From: Candidatus Latescibacterota bacterium
Lineage (GTDB): Bacteria; Latescibacterota; UBA2968; UBA8231
Direction of reading: 5' to 3'
Assembly (NCBI GenBank): GCA_965215195.1
Contig: CBDCDC010000002.1
Coordinates: 1,600,001 to 1,664,000 of the forward strand
Length of the DNA: 64,000 bases
Both the position numbers and the translations under genes were made by a program. Positions 45,507-55,097 of the stretch are shown piece after piece. The notes beneath the pieces are model-generated. The model was not told where the DNA came from. It worked only from the letters and a program-made list of their open reading frames with translations, and did no database searches. Numbering within the stretch: the stretch's first letter is position 1; every line of letters begins with the position of its first letter.

Positions 45507-48161
45507 ATGATCAGGCTATTGGTAGCGGTACTCGGCATCGCGTTTGTGTCCAGTGACGGCTATACCGAAATCAAGCGGTGGCGGATCGGCGACGATGTGC
45601 ATCCCTGGACCCTGCGGCCGGTCACCGGTCGCCTCGACTTGGGCCGTAGCTGGGCTGTCGAACTGATCGCCGACGACGATGGCGACGGACTCATCGACGA
45701 AGACCCGGTCGAGCTAGTCGACAACGATGACGACGGCCAGCTCAACGAAGATCCCGTGGACCCGCAAGTCGACAATGACGGCGACGGCCAGCTCAACGAA
45801 GACCCAGCCAACGGAAGCGATGACGACCAAGATGGACTCATCGACGAAGACCCACCGGAATTTTTTGACAACGATCTCGACGGGCTCATCGACGAGGACG
45901 GGCCGGATCCTCAGTTCGACAATGACGGCGATGGGCGGCTCAACGAGGACGGGTTGTACACTCCCTTTGATGACGATTGGGACGGCCAGCTCAACGAGGA
46001 CCCGGCTAATACTCTCGACGACGACGGCGACGGACTTATCGACGAGGATCCACCATTGCCCGAGCACGGCCAAGGCGTCACCACTTGGCTTCGGCCGGTA
46101 CGTCTCGACAGCCTGCGCAACCTCGCCTATTTGCTCAACCAGCGCTTCAAGGCCGGCGAGTTCGGCGGCATCATCCCCGGCAAGGATTCCCAGCGCCCCT
46201 TTATGGTGGTGCCGAGCGAATACGGCTTCCGCCGCGAGGTCGCCGACCCCATCTCGGCCGACTACTGGGCGGTCGCGGGGGTGATTGACCGCAAAGAGGC
46301 CGAAAAGGCCGTCGATGGCAATCTGAGGACAGACTTTACTTCCACCAAGTATGGCCGCGGCGGGATTGCCGTCAACCTGATGGGCTACTACTATATCAAC
46401 CGCATCGTCTTTCGCCCACAGCCAACCTTGCCCGGCGGTACCATCGCCAACTACTACATCCGCTACGGCGACCAGACCTCCATTAACAGGCTCTCTGAGA
46501 CCATCCAAGCGAACCGGACACTAGTTCAAGCCGTCCGAGGCCAATTCAACCCAGTGATCAAAGACCTCCGATTTGCCCCCCCCTTTATCGCTGGCCGCAT
46601 CGACGTGTACTCAATTGATAAAGAGGGGAAACTCAGCCAGACCGCCGAAGCTGGCTACTTCGGCGATGGTTATGCCATCGACGGGCGGTACACTTCGGCC
46701 ATCATCGACGTGGGCACACCTACCCCGCGCATCCGTCGTTACGACCGCGAGATTGAGCAGTTCGCCGGCTCGCAGCGAGATGCTTATGAAAGCCAGTTTC
46801 CCCTCAATGTTGCCGGCGACCGAGTCAACTGGGGCAAGGTGCGCTGGCGCGGGCGCCGGGACAGCCGCGACGGCGATGTCCGCATCCAGTTCCGCGTTGG
46901 CAACTCCCTCGATACCCACATCTACGCCCGCCGCTTGGGCCCGGGCCTCTCGGACACCCAAGACGAAAACGGCAATCCTCTCGACCTGTTTTCCTGGATC
47001 AAGCTTCCCGAAGGCCGCGTTCCCGAGCGCGAGCTTCAGTACAATGAGCTAGGTGTTGATCTAGGTGACGACGGCCCCTTGGGCTGGAGCTTCTGGTCGG
47101 CACCTTTCAAGCTCGAAGACGCCCTCATCGACGAGAGCTTGCCTGAATCCGAGTGGCGCAACGCCGGCGTCCAACTACCCCTACCTGGAGGGACTCGCTA
47201 CATCCAGTTCCGCATTTTTTTCGACTCCACCCAACATAGTGCGGCCTTGTTGGACTTCATCGAGTTCGACTACGACGCGCCGCTAGTCTCGGGTGGGATC
47301 GTCGCCGAAATTTTTCCCCCGTATGCCTCATTAGGCGAGGAGACTTCGTTCCGCTACTTCGTCCGGCCATTCTTCAACCAAAGCGAAGCCACCTCTTTCA
47401 ACCGGATCGAAATCGCCGTGCCCAGCACCGACACGCGCATCGACACCTTGCGCTTCGATGGCCAAGACTGGGCCGAAATTGCCGCCGGGACCGCCGCCGA
47501 CCTCCTGCGCGATGTCCATCCCATCCGCCTCGCCCCGGCAGAGGGTCGCTCCGACAGCCTAGGGCAATTCGCGCAGAGCCTGACTTCTGACCCGCTCACT
47601 GGCTCGTCTAAGCTACACCTCAAGTTGCCCGCAATGGGCGCGGAGCATTTCCGACTCGGCGAGACCATCGAAATCGTCTTTCGTTCCAAGATCTTCCGCG
47701 GCTCTGAGGAGTTCACCAGCACGGTGTGGAACGACCAGATCGACAAGGGCGTCGAATTTATCCCCCAGCCGACCGAAGATGGAGACGCCACCCCCGACAT
47801 AGCCACCAACGCCCGCCTCGTGGTCGCCGACGAGATCAATCAACTCATCGAGTCCCCCCATATCGCTCCCAATCCCTTTACCCCCAACGGCGATGGCATC
47901 AACGACGAGGTGACCTTTTTCTTCGATCTTGTCCGCCTCCTAGAGTCGGTCAATGTTCAAGTCAACATCTATGACCTGTCCGGCCGCCCCATTGCCCAGA
48001 TACACACCGGCGGCTCGTACGCGAGCAATGTCCAAATTAAGTGGGACGGCCGCGAAAGCCACGGCCAACTCGCGTCGCCAGGGATCTATCTCTACCGGCT
48101 CGTCGCAGACTCGGACGCTACCTCCACGGCATATACGGGAGCTCTATCGCTGGTCTATTGA
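45507..48161 (+). CDS. Secreted protein with eight acidic DxDGDG..(D/N)ED repeats and a type-B T9SS-like/FlgD C-terminal domain
   Basis: GGAGG RBS, signal peptide MIRLLVAVLG, C-terminal PNPFTPNGDGIND...IYDLSGR...WDGR..G....PGIYLY. Confidence 0.8.
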   Translation: MIRLLVAVLGIAFVSSDGYTEIKRWRIGDDVHPWTLRPVTGRLDLGRSWAVELIADDDGDGLIDEDPVELVDNDDDGQLNEDPVDPQVDNDGDGQLNEDPANGSDDDQDGLIDEDPPEFFDNDLDGLIDEDGPDPQFDNDGDGRLNEDGLYTPFDDDWDGQLNEDPANTLDDDGDGLIDEDPPLPEHGQGVTTWLRPVRLDSLRNLAYLLNQRFKAGEFGGIIPGKDSQRPFMVVPSEYGFRREVADPISADYWAVAGVIDRKEAEKAVDGNLRTDFTSTKYGRGGIAVNLMGYYYINRIVFRPQPTLPGGTIANYYIRYGDQTSINRLSETIQANRTLVQAVRGQFNPVIKDLRFAPPFIAGRIDVYSIDKEGKLSQTAEAGYFGDGYAIDGRYTSAIIDVGTPTPRIRRYDREIEQFAGSQRDAYESQFPLNVAGDRVNWGKVRWRGRRDSRDGDVRIQFRVGNSLDTHIYARRLGPGLSDTQDENGNPLDLFSWIKLPEGRVPERELQYNELGVDLGDDGPLGWSFWSAPFKLEDALIDESLPESEWRNAGVQLPLPGGTRYIQFRIFFDSTQHSAALLDFIEFDYDAPLVSGGIVAEIFPPYASLGEETSFRYFVRPFFNQSEATSFNRIEIAVPSTDTRIDTLRFDGQDWAEIAAGTAADLLRDVHPIRLAPAEGRSDSLGQFAQSLTSDPLTGSSKLHLKLPAMGAEHFRLGETIEIVFRSKIFRGSEEFTSTVWNDQIDKGVEFIPQPTEDGDATPDIATNARLVVADEINQLIESPHIAPNPFTPNGDGINDEVTFFFDLVRLLESVNVQVNIYDLSGRPIAQIHTGGSYASNVQIKWDGRESHGQLASPGIYLYRLVADSDATSTAYTGALSLVY

Positions 48162-48256
48162 CCAAAATGCACGACTCTGCCCGGTCCTTCGAAGCCGAGC
48201 GAAGTACGCGGCGAAACGCTTGCAGAATTTTCCTTCCTCGTCACCATTCTAACGCC

Positions 48257-50353
48257 ATGGTGCGCAGCACCCGCTTTTTCTTAGGCGCGCTCTTGCTAGT
48301 CGCCCTTGCATTGCGGCTGAGCTACTTGTGGGAACATCGCGCCAGTCCCTTCTTCGACGCGCCCATAGTTGACGCCCAGACCTTTCTCAAACAGGCACAG
48401 GCCCTTGCCAGCGGTCCATTCTGGGGAGGGGACGAACCGTATTGGCAACCCCCCTTCTACACCTACCTGCTGGCGTTCGTTTGCTGGCTCCTGCCAGCCT
48501 CGTACTTCGTCGGCATCCGGCTCGTACACGCGAGCCTCGGCGTCCTTTCCTGCCTCTTGGTGTACGCGTTGGCCCGGCACGCCTTTGGCGAACAGATCGG
48601 CCGCATCGCCGGCGTCATGGCGGCCTTGTGCGGCTCCTTGCTCTACTTTGAGGGCGAGCTATTGGCCGTACCGGTGGAGGTCTTCCTCAACCTCCTGCTC
48701 TTGTACGGCCTGTTGCTGGCGTGGAGACGCGATCGCAGGCGCGACTGGGTGCTAGCCGGCCTCATCGCGGGCCTTGCGGCCCTCACTCGCCCCAATATCT
48801 TGCTCTTTATCGCGGCCTTTTGCGCTTGGGCACTATGGCACCGGCGCACATCTGCCTACCGTTCCCTGTTCTCTTTGGTCGTTCCCATAGCACTGGTCAT
48901 CTTGCCTATCACCTACCGCAACTGGGCCATTGAGCCAGACCTCGTCTTCATCTCCTCCAATGCCGGCGTCAACTTCTACATCGGCAACAACGCCGACTAC
49001 GAGCGCACGGTCTCGCTGCGTCCGGGTACGCAGTGGGAGACCATGATCGCCGAGGCGGCGAGCTCGGGGCATGAGACCGCAGCCGCCCAATCGGCCTTTT
49101 TCTTTAATAAAGCCCTCGATTACATAATCGCGCAGCCCCTCGACTATCTCGGCCTGCTCTGCAAAAAGGGATTCCACTTTTGGAGCGGCCCGGAGACCAA
49201 GCGCAACCAAGACATATACTACGCCCGCCAACACTCGCGGATTTTGAGTCTCTTGCTCTGGGATTGGCACGTGTCGATTCCCTTCGGCCTGATCGGCCCG
49301 CTGAGCTTGCTCGGCTTGGGGCTGAGCATGAGGGGAGAGTGGAGGCCGCCGATTGCCTTGCTGCGGCTCTACGCTCTCGTGTACACGACCTCGGTCGTCC
49401 TCTTCTTTCCGGCGGCTCGCTACCGCATGCCGGTCGTGCCGGTGCTGATCGCCTTTGCTGCTTTTGCCGCCTTTCAGCTCTACCTCGGCGTGCGCCTCAG
49501 AGCCTATATCCGCACCACACTGCTTGCCGTGCCTTTAGGGGGTCTATTGGTCTTGTGCAACCTCGCCGAGGCCGCTCCGACTGCCGAGGACGCTCAACTC
49601 TACTTCGACTTGGGCGAGGTGCATCTGCGCAAGCGAGACTACGCCCGGTCCGCGCGTTACTCGCGCCGGGCGCTGGAATTGGACCCAGAGTACAACTACG
49701 CCCGCCACAATCTGGCCGTGGCGTACTTTCACCAAAGGCACTATGGGGAAAGCGAGCGCGAGGCCCTGCACACCCTAGCGGAAAATCCTCGGCGCGGCGA
49801 CACTCGTGTACTTCTAGGCCGAATTTACCTAGCAACCAATAAGCCACAGCAAGCCACAGCGCATCTGCGCCACGCCCTCGAACGCAACCCAGAGTCCGGC
49901 ATGGCCCACTACTACTACGGCCGCCTGCTCTACCGCCAAGGGCACTACCCCGCGGCCGCAACCCACTTGCAACTGGCGCTTCCTTGGCAGCCACAGGACT
50001 TCTGGCTGCACTATGAACTGGGGAGAGCCTTACAGCAGGCCGGGCACACCGAGGCCGCATTGAGCCAGTACCAACAAGCACTGTCCGTGGAGCGAAGGCC
50101 CGAAGCACTCGTCGCCATCGGTGCCCTGCACCTAATCGCCGGGCACACCGCAAAAGCACACACCCAGTTCCTCCAAGCCCTAGAACTGGCTCCAGACAAC
50201 TCAGAGGCCCACGTCAACCTCGCGCTCATCGAACTCGAAAATGGAGACCATGCCGCCGCCATTGACCGGCTGCGCCAAGTACTGGCGCGAGGGCCCTCTC
50301 CCCACGCACAGCGTCTGCTCGACGAAGCCTATCGCCGGCTCGAATCGCCATAG
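48257..50353 (+). CDS. ArnT/PMT-like (GT-C) membrane protein fused to TPR repeats
   Basis: VDA, YWQPP.Y.Y.LA, RPN, SSN.G.NFYIGNN, ARYR.P followed by a TPR region. Probable start ATG 48257. Confidence 0.82.
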   Translation: MVRSTRFFLGALLLVALALRLSYLWEHRASPFFDAPIVDAQTFLKQAQALASGPFWGGDEPYWQPPFYTYLLAFVCWLLPASYFVGIRLVHASLGVLSCLLVYALARHAFGEQIGRIAGVMAALCGSLLYFEGELLAVPVEVFLNLLLLYGLLLAWRRDRRRDWVLAGLIAGLAALTRPNILLFIAAFCAWALWHRRTSAYRSLFSLVVPIALVILPITYRNWAIEPDLVFISSNAGVNFYIGNNADYERTVSLRPGTQWETMIAEAASSGHETAAAQSAFFFNKALDYIIAQPLDYLGLLCKKGFHFWSGPETKRNQDIYYARQHSRILSLLLWDWHVSIPFGLIGPLSLLGLGLSMRGEWRPPIALLRLYALVYTTSVVLFFPAARYRMPVVPVLIAFAAFAAFQLYLGVRLRAYIRTTLLAVPLGGLLVLCNLAEAAPTAEDAQLYFDLGEVHLRKRDYARSARYSRRALELDPEYNYARHNLAVAYFHQRHYGESEREALHTLAENPRRGDTRVLLGRIYLATNKPQQATAHLRHALERNPESGMAHYYYGRLLYRQGHYPAAATHLQLALPWQPQDFWLHYELGRALQQAGHTEAALSQYQQALSVERRPEALVAIGALHLIAGHTAKAHTQFLQALELAPDNSEAHVNLALIELENGDHAAAIDRLRQVLARGPSPHAQRLLDEAYRRLESP

Positions 50354-50543
50354 GAAGTACCTTGTCCAGCTACTTCCAAGCTCTCTTTTACGCATTGCCT
50401 GTCTCCAGTGCCGGGCCGCTCTGTACCGACGTGAAAGACGCCGGCATCGCCTTCATAGCCACTGCGGCCGCTTGGGCAGGCGGCGAGCACCAACCGCTAC
50501 GCCATTCACCGGGGCGTCAATCGCCTTATATCGGAGTAGAATT

Positions 50544-51875
50544 ATGCGCTTTGCCCTGCTTTTTTTGTTTTTTTGCGCCTGTGCCCGCGAAACACCCGAT
50601 CCACCGCAAGCTCCCTCCCCGCCAGCCGGTTCAGCGGCCCAGATATTTGCCACCGGCCGAGCACTCCAAGCCCGCGGCCTCTTCACCCAAGCCGAGCAGG
50701 CCTATCGCCAAGCACTGCAACAAGCCCCGGCCAACCCTCAATACCATTACTATCTCGGCGTCGCATTACACGCCCAGAGTCGTTTTGCCGAGGCGCAAAC
50801 CCAATTTGAGAAAGCACTCGAACTAAAACCCGACTACGCCGGTCCCCGCATTGCCTTGGGCAAAATGCTCTATGATGTACACGGCAAAGTAGAGAAAGCG
50901 CGCCAGTTCCTCGCCGAGGCACTAGAACTGGCTCCCAGCGCGGTTGAAGCGCGCTACATACTAGGCGTGATCCACCAGCGCGAAGGCCAGCTACAAGAGG
51001 CCCGCGAAATTTTCGCCGCCATCGCCGCTGCCGACTCCACCCACCTCCAAGCCCGGCTAAAGCTAGGTCTAGTGGACCTGAAACTAGGCAACTACCAAGA
51101 GGCCGAAAGGCAACTCCGCCAAGTCGCGCACCTCAGCCCGCACGATCCGGCCGCGTTTCTCGGGATCGGGCAGGCCCTGTTGCGCATGGGCCGCACCGCA
51201 GAGGGGGAGCGCGTCCTCGAACGCGCACGGGTTTTGGGCGAACAAAACGACCAGCTCAAGCCCCACCAAGACGCGGTGCGCCAGTACCCCGACCAACCCC
51301 AAGCCCACTCCAATCTCGCCGCCCTCTACAGCCGCTTTGGGCGTCTCAAACTGGCCGTCGAGCACTACCGCCAGTCCATCCTCATCGACTCAGCCTATGC
51401 CTTGGGGTACCAAGGATTGGGCACTCTGCTCCAGCGCCGGGGCAAGGACGACTTGGCGGCGCACTACTACCTCGAAGCCCTGAGCCACGACTCAACCTTG
51501 GCCGAAAGCCACAACAATCTGGGCTTGATCTTTCACAAGCAGGGCGAACTGGAAAAGGCCCTCAGACAATACGAGCAAGCTGTGCAGTTCGCCCCATCTA
51601 CGGGTTTCTACTACTCCAATCTCGGCAATGCGTACCTCGAAATGGATCAACTGAACCAAGCGCAGGCGGCCGTTGAGCGGGCCATCGAACTGGACGCCAA
51701 GCTCTATAGTGCCCACATACTGCTCGGCGATATCCACGCCCGCCGCGGCGAATTCGCACGGGCCATTGCACTCTGGGAAGACCTCCCCTCCAGTGGAGCG
51801 GCCAATGAGCCTCTGTACGCCAAGATCGCCGAGGCCCGACAGAAACTATCCGCGCAAGAGCGCACGCCGCGATGA
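50544..51875 (+). CDS. TPR lipoprotein
   Basis: MRFALLFLFFCAC lipobox after a GGAG RBS; tandem TPRs. Confidence 0.85.
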   Translation: MRFALLFLFFCACARETPDPPQAPSPPAGSAAQIFATGRALQARGLFTQAEQAYRQALQQAPANPQYHYYLGVALHAQSRFAEAQTQFEKALELKPDYAGPRIALGKMLYDVHGKVEKARQFLAEALELAPSAVEARYILGVIHQREGQLQEAREIFAAIAAADSTHLQARLKLGLVDLKLGNYQEAERQLRQVAHLSPHDPAAFLGIGQALLRMGRTAEGERVLERARVLGEQNDQLKPHQDAVRQYPDQPQAHSNLAALYSRFGRLKLAVEHYRQSILIDSAYALGYQGLGTLLQRRGKDDLAAHYYLEALSHDSTLAESHNNLGLIFHKQGELEKALRQYEQAVQFAPSTGFYYSNLGNAYLEMDQLNQAQAAVERAIELDAKLYSAHILLGDIHARRGEFARAIALWEDLPSSGAANEPLYAKIAEARQKLSAQERTPR

Positions 51876-53374
51876 GCTTGGCTGTCCCGCTCGCCGCGCT
51901 ATGGGTGTTCTGGGGTGGTTGCGGTGTAGGTTCCGACCCGGCAGGAGAAAGTGCCCGCTTGATACGGGCCGGGCGCTCCTTCGCCGAAGCACAGCGCTAC
52001 GCCGAGGCGCGCCGCGCCTTTGAAAAAGCTCTAGCCCTAGACTCGCTCGACGCCGCAGCGCACTGTGCATTGGGCGATCTCGACGCCCGGCTCGGGCACC
52101 TAGAGCGGGCCGTCCGGGCCTACAACGCCGCGCTCGCCGCCGACACCACGTACCACCGCGCCCGGCACAACTTAGCTGTAATCGAGGCCGACCGGGGCCA
52201 CCTGCCCTTGGCCATTGAGCTGCTCGAACACATTCCGACCTATGTCCCCGCCCTCCGCACTCTGCCCCTCTTCTACGCCAAACAGGGACGCTACGACCTA
52301 GCCGAAAAAGGACTACATACTGCCCTAGCTGCGGGCGGGGAAAACATTGACGTGCGGCAACAACTCGGCCGGCTCTATTTGCGCCAAGGACGCTACGACG
52401 AGGCCCGAGCCGCACTCAACTTAGCCCTCGCCCAAGACTCAACCCTAGCCGAGAGTCACCGTCTGCTCGGTTTGCTGCACCTAGCCGAGCGACGCTACCC
52501 GGAGGCGATAGCGGCCTTTCGCCGCACGCTCGCGCTCAACCCACACCTGATTGAGGCCCACTACAACCTTTCTTCAGCGCTTTTGGGCCTAAGACAGCCA
52601 ACTCAAGCGCAGGCGGCACTGGCGCGTTTTGAGACCCTCGCCGCCCACGCCGCCCAAGTCGCGCATCTGCGCCGCCAGCTCGACGCCGACCCCGACCACC
52701 GCGAAACCCGCTTGCAGCTAGCCCAGCACTATCGGCAACTGGGGCGAGACGACGACGCCCTCACCCACTATCGGGCTGCGCTGTTGGCCGACCCGGACGA
52801 CTTAGAGGCCCTAATTCCGCTAAGCGGGCTTTTGTTGGCGCGAGGCGAAGACCAAGAAGTGCTCGAACTATGCCGCCGAGGCATCTCCCGGCATCCAGAG
52901 GATGTGCGCACCAGCAAGCTCCACTTCGCCCGTGGCTATGTCTATATGCAGCGCAACCAATATCAAGAGGCCCGCACGGCCTTTGAGCACGCCTTGGCGC
53001 TGGATTCGTCTGCGGCCACAGCTTGGAACAACCTCGGCCATGTCCAGCTAAGTTTGGGCGAAGAAGCAGCGGCCCGACGGGCGCTGGAGGCGGCCATTGC
53101 CGCCGATTCAAGCCTCGCCGATGCCCACTACAATCTCGGCAGCCTCTTCCTGCAAAAGGGACAGCTAGACCGGGCGCAACGGGCCTATCAGGCGGCGCTT
53201 GCGGCCGATTCGGCCTTTGTGCGGACCTATTACGCCCTCGCAACCGTGTACCAAGCCCAAGGCGCGCTCATAGAGGCCCGCCGTTGCTATCAGAGCTTTA
53301 TCGACAAGTGGCAAGGCGACCCAGATTTCCTGCGCCAAGCCCGCGAGCGGCTCGCCCAACTGCCGAGTCCCTGA
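51872..53374 (+). CDS. TPR protein (probable lipoprotein)
   Basis: WGGC N-terminus, tandem TPRs with recurring D(S/T)T/S linkers, ATGA coupling to the upstream gene. Confidence 0.85.
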   Translation: MSLAVPLAALWVFWGGCGVGSDPAGESARLIRAGRSFAEAQRYAEARRAFEKALALDSLDAAAHCALGDLDARLGHLERAVRAYNAALAADTTYHRARHNLAVIEADRGHLPLAIELLEHIPTYVPALRTLPLFYAKQGRYDLAEKGLHTALAAGGENIDVRQQLGRLYLRQGRYDEARAALNLALAQDSTLAESHRLLGLLHLAERRYPEAIAAFRRTLALNPHLIEAHYNLSSALLGLRQPTQAQAALARFETLAAHAAQVAHLRRQLDADPDHRETRLQLAQHYRQLGRDDDALTHYRAALLADPDDLEALIPLSGLLLARGEDQEVLELCRRGISRHPEDVRTSKLHFARGYVYMQRNQYQEARTAFEHALALDSSAATAWNNLGHVQLSLGEEAAARRALEAAIAADSSLADAHYNLGSLFLQKGQLDRAQRAYQAALAADSAFVRTYYALATVYQAQGALIEARRCYQSFIDKWQGDPDFLRQARERLAQLPSP

Positions 53375-53375
53375 T

Positions 53376-55097
53376 ATGTCCGCACCAGTTCTGCTCATCT
53401 GCTTTCTCTGTCTGTCCTGCAGCCCCACCGAAGAGACCGCGCCACCTGCACCGCTACAACGCGCCGCGCCCGCAGCCTCGTCTCTCCGCTTTGTCGAAGT
53501 TGCATCTGCCGTCGGCCTGACATGGCAGCACCAAAACGGCCGCAGCCCCCAGCGCTACTTTCCCGAGACCATGGGCGGCGGGGGTGCTTTCTTCGACTAT
53601 GACGGCGATGGCGATTTGGATGTTTACGCTGTAAACGGTGCTTTTATTGCCGCCGATCCGCAGGATGCGACCCCTGTCAATAGGCTTTTTCGCAACGATG
53701 GCCAGCGCTTTGTCTCGGTCGCGGCTGGGGTCGCCCACCCGGGCGTTGGCATGGGGGTCGCCGCGGCCGACTACGACAGCGACGGCGATCTCGACCTCTA
53801 TCTGACCAACTTTGGCCTCAACGCGCTCTTTCGCAACGACGACGGACACTTTGCCGAAATCGGACGGCAAACAGGCGTTGCCGATGCGCGCTGGGGCACG
53901 AGCTGCGCCTTTGCCGATTACGACCGCGACGGCGATCTCGACCTCTATGTCGCCAACTACGTGGCCTACGATCCGGCCGCAGCCCGCGCCGACCAAGTGC
54001 CCTATATGGCCGGCTACGAAAGCTACGGCGGCCAAGCACCTGTGGGCTATCCGCATCCTGACAACTTCCAAGGCCAAGCCGATCTGCTCTTTCGCAACGA
54101 TGGCGCGGGGCACTTTGCTGATGTCTCGGCAGGGGCAGGCATCGCCGATGCGAGCGGCAAAGGGCTGGGGGTGGCTTTTGGCGACTACGACCGCGACGGT
54201 TGGCCCGACCTCTACGTGGCCAACGACGCGGTGCGCAACTTCCTCTACCACAACAGCCGCGACGGCACCTTCGCCGAAAGGGCAGGACTAGCGGGGGTGG
54301 CTTATGGCCAAGACGGGCAAATGGAAGCGGGCATGGGGGTGGATTGGGGCGACTACGATGGCGACGGCGTACTCGATTTGACGGTGACCAACTTCCAGGC
54401 CGAGCCTAATGCGCTCTATCGAGGCGAGGGCGGTTTCTTCTCGGTTGCGACCTTTGTCGCCGGGACAGGCCTTCCGTCGCTGCCCTTCCTCGGGTTTGGC
54501 ACCCAGTTTTTCGACCCCGACCTCGATGGCGATCTCGACCTGTTTGCCGCCAACGGCCACGTCCTCGACAACGTCCTCGACATTGACCAATCCACCAGCT
54601 ATGGGCAGCGCAATTTGCTCTTCCGCAACGACGGCGGCCGCTTCGCCGAAGTTTCCGCGACAGCCGGCCCCGGCTTCTCCTTAGAGCGCGTCAGTCGCGG
54701 CAGCGCCACCGGCGACTACGATGGCGATGGCGATCCCGATTTGCTGGTCTTTAACTCGGGACAAGCGCTCAGCTTGCTGCGCAACGATCAAGGCGACGCC
54801 AATCACTGGATCACCATCCGGCTCGCCGGGGCCAACGGCAACCCGAACGGCATCGGTGCTCGGCTGACAGCGACCAGTGGCGACTTGGTCCAGACTAGGG
54901 AACTGCGCGGCAGCCGCTCGTACCTATCGCAGAGCCAACTCCGCATTTGTTTGGGACTAGGAAAACGGCCGCAACTCGACGCGCTAGCAGTGCGCTGGCC
55001 TTCGGGCCGGACCGAGCGATTCGGCCCCTTTGCCGCCAACCAAGCTATCGCGCTCGTCGAGGGCGGGGGGGTCAGCGTGGTTTCTGACCCGCCTTAA
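53376..55097 (+). CDS. CRTAC1 family (FG-GAP repeats plus ASPIC/UnbV) lipoprotein
   Basis: LSC lipobox, ETMGGG, repeated DYD.DGD.DL, SRG.A.GDYD, IGA, SYLSQ, VRWPSG. Confidence 0.92.
   Translation: MSAPVLLICFLCLSCSPTEETAPPAPLQRAAPAASSLRFVEVASAVGLTWQHQNGRSPQRYFPETMGGGGAFFDYDGDGDLDVYAVNGAFIAADPQDATPVNRLFRNDGQRFVSVAAGVAHPGVGMGVAAADYDSDGDLDLYLTNFGLNALFRNDDGHFAEIGRQTGVADARWGTSCAFADYDRDGDLDLYVANYVAYDPAAARADQVPYMAGYESYGGQAPVGYPHPDNFQGQADLLFRNDGAGHFADVSAGAGIADASGKGLGVAFGDYDRDGWPDLYVANDAVRNFLYHNSRDGTFAERAGLAGVAYGQDGQMEAGMGVDWGDYDGDGVLDLTVTNFQAEPNALYRGEGGFFSVATFVAGTGLPSLPFLGFGTQFFDPDLDGDLDLFAANGHVLDNVLDIDQSTSYGQRNLLFRNDGGRFAEVSATAGPGFSLERVSRGSATGDYDGDGDPDLLVFNSGQALSLLRNDQGDANHWITIRLAGANGNPNGIGARLTATSGDLVQTRELRGSRSYLSQSQLRICLGLGKRPQLDALAVRWPSGRTERFGPFAANQAIALVEGGGVSVVSDPP

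Noticed and set aside
45672-46060. Regularly spaced DNA repeats resembling a CRISPR array
   Set aside because: They are in-frame coding repeats with synonymous variation.
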